The notes beneath the pieces were generated by a model. That model saw only the letters and a list, made by a program, of their open reading frames with translations. It made no database searches and had not been told where the DNA came from. The position numbers and the translations under genes are program-made. DNA of 59,598 bases from Pseudothermotoga sp. (lineage in GTDB: Bacteria > Thermotogota > Thermotogae > Thermotogales > DSM-5069). Position 1 is the stretch's first letter; each line of letters starts with the position of its first letter. The stretch lies in the NCBI GenBank assembly GCA_041640575.1, contig JBEPZZ010000007.1, positions 1-59,598 on the forward strand, written 5' to 3'. Positions 57,588-59,598 of the stretch are shown in pieces.

Positions 57588-57624
57588 TTTGCCTTCAAAG
57601 GAATGGTCAGTTTGTAAGATTCTT

Positions 57625-58680
57625 TTACTTTGACATGTCTTTAAGTGCCATTTCGTACAATGATTTACCAATAACCGCCACCCATTTGTCATAGACAGAT
57701 TGTGTTGCCTTCTTGAAAGCTTCAATTTCCTCAGGTGTCAAATCTATCACTGTCATTCCTTGCTGCTTTACATAATCAACCTGACTAAGAGGAGTTGGAT
57801 TTTCCTTAAACTTTTCTTGCAGAATTTTTATTGAAACTTCCCCATCCAAACCTCTTCTTGCCATGGCTCTTTCCCACTCAGCCGCTTCAATTGCTGATTG
57901 ACGAATGATTTGCTTGATGTCATCCGGGAAAGAATTCCATACCTCTTTGCTCACACCAAATATTAAAGGATCTACCAGATAGTTCCAATTTGTGACAAAT
58001 TTGTGGTACTCCCAAATTTTCACTCCAAGTAGCACTTGATACGGGTTTTCCTGACCGTCTACTGCACCTTGTTGGAATGCCGTAACGGCATCAGCCCAGT
58101 TCATCGAAACTGCATCTGCTCCGAGTGCACGGAAAATATCGATAAAGATGGGTGAGCCAACAACTCTGAATTTCATACCACGCATATCTTCTGGTTTTCG
58201 TATAGGTTTCTTGCTGTTTGTCAATTGCCTGAAACCATTTTCACCCCATGCCAGTGTAACGACACCCAATTTATCCATTATTTCTACAAGCCTTTTTCCT
58301 GTTTCCCCGTTCAATATTTTGTCAAGGTTCTCGTACGTGTTAATGAAAAATGGTAAGGAGAACAAATTTAATTCTTTTACGACAGGGGCAGCATTAATTG
58401 TAGAATCAACTACAAAGTCAATACTTCCTTCAGAAACAGCTTGGAACCACGTTGTTTGTTTCCCAGCAAGCAAAGAACTTGCGTAATATGGCTTAATGTT
58501 AATCAGTCCATTTGTTCGTTCTCTTACTAGATCAGCCCACTTTTGTGCTGCTTGACCCCAGACGTAGGCCGGAGTAACGTTAACTTGCATCGTGTACTCC
58601 GTTTTTGGCTTAAAAGCGGCTACTGTGGATGTCGTGACGATACTCATGATGATTAGTACTGTTAGAATTACCTTTTTCAT
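57625..58680 (-). CDS. dctP: TRAP DctP substrate-binding protein
   Basis: ENGFRQLTN, GMKFRV (carboxylate-binding Arg), QQGAVDGQENP. Confidence 0.93.
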   Translation of the reverse strand: MKKVILTVLIIMSIVTTSTVAAFKPKTEYTMQVNVTPAYVWGQAAQKWADLVRERTNGLINIKPYYASSLLAGKQTTWFQAVSEGSIDFVVDSTINAAPVVKELNLFSLPFFINTYENLDKILNGETGKRLVEIMDKLGVVTLAWGENGFRQLTNSKKPIRKPEDMRGMKFRVVGSPIFIDIFRALGADAVSMNWADAVTAFQQGAVDGQENPYQVLLGVKIWEYHKFVTNWNYLVDPLIFGVSKEVWNSFPDDIKQIIRQSAIEAAEWERAMARRGLDGEVSIKILQEKFKENPTPLSQVDYVKQQGMTVIDLTPEEIEAFKKATQSVYDKWVAVIGKSLYEMALKDMSK

Positions 58681-58710
58681 ATTCTTAACCTCCTTCCTCA
58701 CGTTAGGATT

Positions 58711-59598
58711 TTAGCCTAGAGTTTTTTCAAACAGATCAGTGTTTTCGATCAGCTCACAAAATCTTGTTAGAAATTTTGCTGCTTCTGCACCATCGATTAT
58801 TCTGTGATCATATGAAAGGGATAGATGGCATACATCTTGGATTTCAAAACCTTTTCCACTTGCAGATATGGCAAGTTCTTTGACTGTTCTGCCTACACCA
58901 AGTATGGCGGCTTCGTTTCCATTCAGTACCGGTGTGAAGAACTCTGTACGATACATCCCAAGATTGCTAATTGTGAAATGAGAGTCCGATACGTCGTCCT
59001 GCGTGAGCTTTCCATTTCGAGCCTTTGCAACCAGAGCATCCAAAGCGCTGTTTATTTCTTGCAAATTCATCGTTTCTACATGTTTTAACACTGGAACCAA
59101 CAATCCGCGGTCCGTATCTACAGCAACTCCGATATTGACTGTCGAGAACTTTTTTATTACAGTGCCGTCGAACCATGCATTGAATTTGGGATATTCAGTT
59201 AAAACAATGGCTGCTATTTTGACAAGCATTGCCGTAATACTCAAATCTGGTTTTCGCTGCTTTAAATTGATAATGTTTGAGAAATTTACTTTCGTCGTAT
59301 TAGTAACCAAAACAGTCGAAAAGTATGTTTTCGAAAGTCGATCTGAGATTTCTTTCCTCATAGGTGAGATTTTTTCTTCCACATAATCCTGCTTTGTTTC
59401 GTGTTGCGCTACATAGTCCATCACATCTTTTTCGGTTATTAATCCATTTTTACCGCTTCCTTTGATAGCAGAAAGATCAATTCCTTTTTCTCTTGCCAAA
59501 CGCTTGGCTGCCGGACTAGCAAGTATGACATTTGCTACATCCTTTTCCACTTTGACGTCTGAACTGACCTTTTCGGATGTGTATGAAACTCCAGCTTC
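58711..59598 (-). CDS. 2-oxoacid/acetoin dehydrogenase E2 dihydrolipoamide acyltransferase, 5' end outside the window
   Basis: E3-binding ASPAAKRLAREKGIDL..IKGSG..G.I...DV, FTISNLG, SYDHRIIDG; reading frame stays open to the window edge. Confidence 0.92.
   Translation of the reverse strand, partial: EAGVSYTSEKVSSDVKVEKDVANVILASPAAKRLAREKGIDLSAIKGSGKNGLITEKDVMDYVAQHETKQDYVEEKISPMRKEISDRLSKTYFSTVLVTNTTKVNFSNIINLKQRKPDLSITAMLVKIAAIVLTEYPKFNAWFDGTVIKKFSTVNIGVAVDTDRGLLVPVLKHVETMNLQEINSALDALVAKARNGKLTQDDVSDSHFTISNLGMYRTEFFTPVLNGNEAAILGVGRTVKELAISASGKGFEIQDVCHLSLSYDHRIIDGAEAAKFLTRFCELIENTDLFEKTLG

Noticed and set aside
1..59598. Numerous 60-140 aa ORFs antisense to or nested in long genes
   Set aside because: Shadow ORFs of well-supported CDSs, without RBS or recognisable motifs.
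1..59598. CRISPR arrays, tRNA/rRNA, transposases, prophage or defence genes
   Set aside because: None recognised; nearly all sequence is accounted for by identifiable CDSs and short intergenic regions.

Overview
A 59.6 kb bacterial chromosomal window. The flagellins, PolC, NrdD lacking an ATP cone, GH5, the ROK/GH3/ABC cluster and a C-terminal-Phe beta-barrel protein together point to a Thermotogales genome, probably Pseudothermotoga-like (inference). I saw no rRNA, tRNA, CRISPR array or transposase. The contents in order are: (1) a minus-strand 8-gene catabolic operon (YheO/DauR-type regulator, RidA, DUF6917-like protein, SelA-like PLP enzyme split by one in-frame TGA, DapF-type epimerase, FAD D-amino-acid-oxidase-family enzyme, TAXI-TRAP receptor and permease) with a striking palindromic operator; (2) LUD protein, M20 peptidase, carboxyltransferase, an AcpS-FolK fusion and a FliT-like gene; (3) gdhA; (4) flagellin with a sigma28 promoter and CsrA-like leader, flanked by glycosyl-, acetyl- and methyltransferase genes; (5) C26 and M55 hydrolases and a second TAXI-TRAP system; (6) a sigma28-preceded Ca-binding hypothetical protein, a lipoprotein plus beta-barrel pair, an M18 peptidase and a second, divergent minimal flagellin; (7) M24 and Clp-fold peptidases, PBP1A, ogt and arsC-arsP-thioredoxin; (8) dmpA, lepA, ruvC, polC; (9) GH5 and a ROK-GH3-ABC (chitobiose/GlcNAc-type) cluster; (10) nrdG-nrdD with tandem NrdR boxes; (11) E2 acyltransferase, DctPQM and lipoate ligase. 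The best candidate for an undescribed system is the first operon. Product calls come from motif recognition by eye, not database searches. Starts were adjusted to RBS-supported codons where possible.
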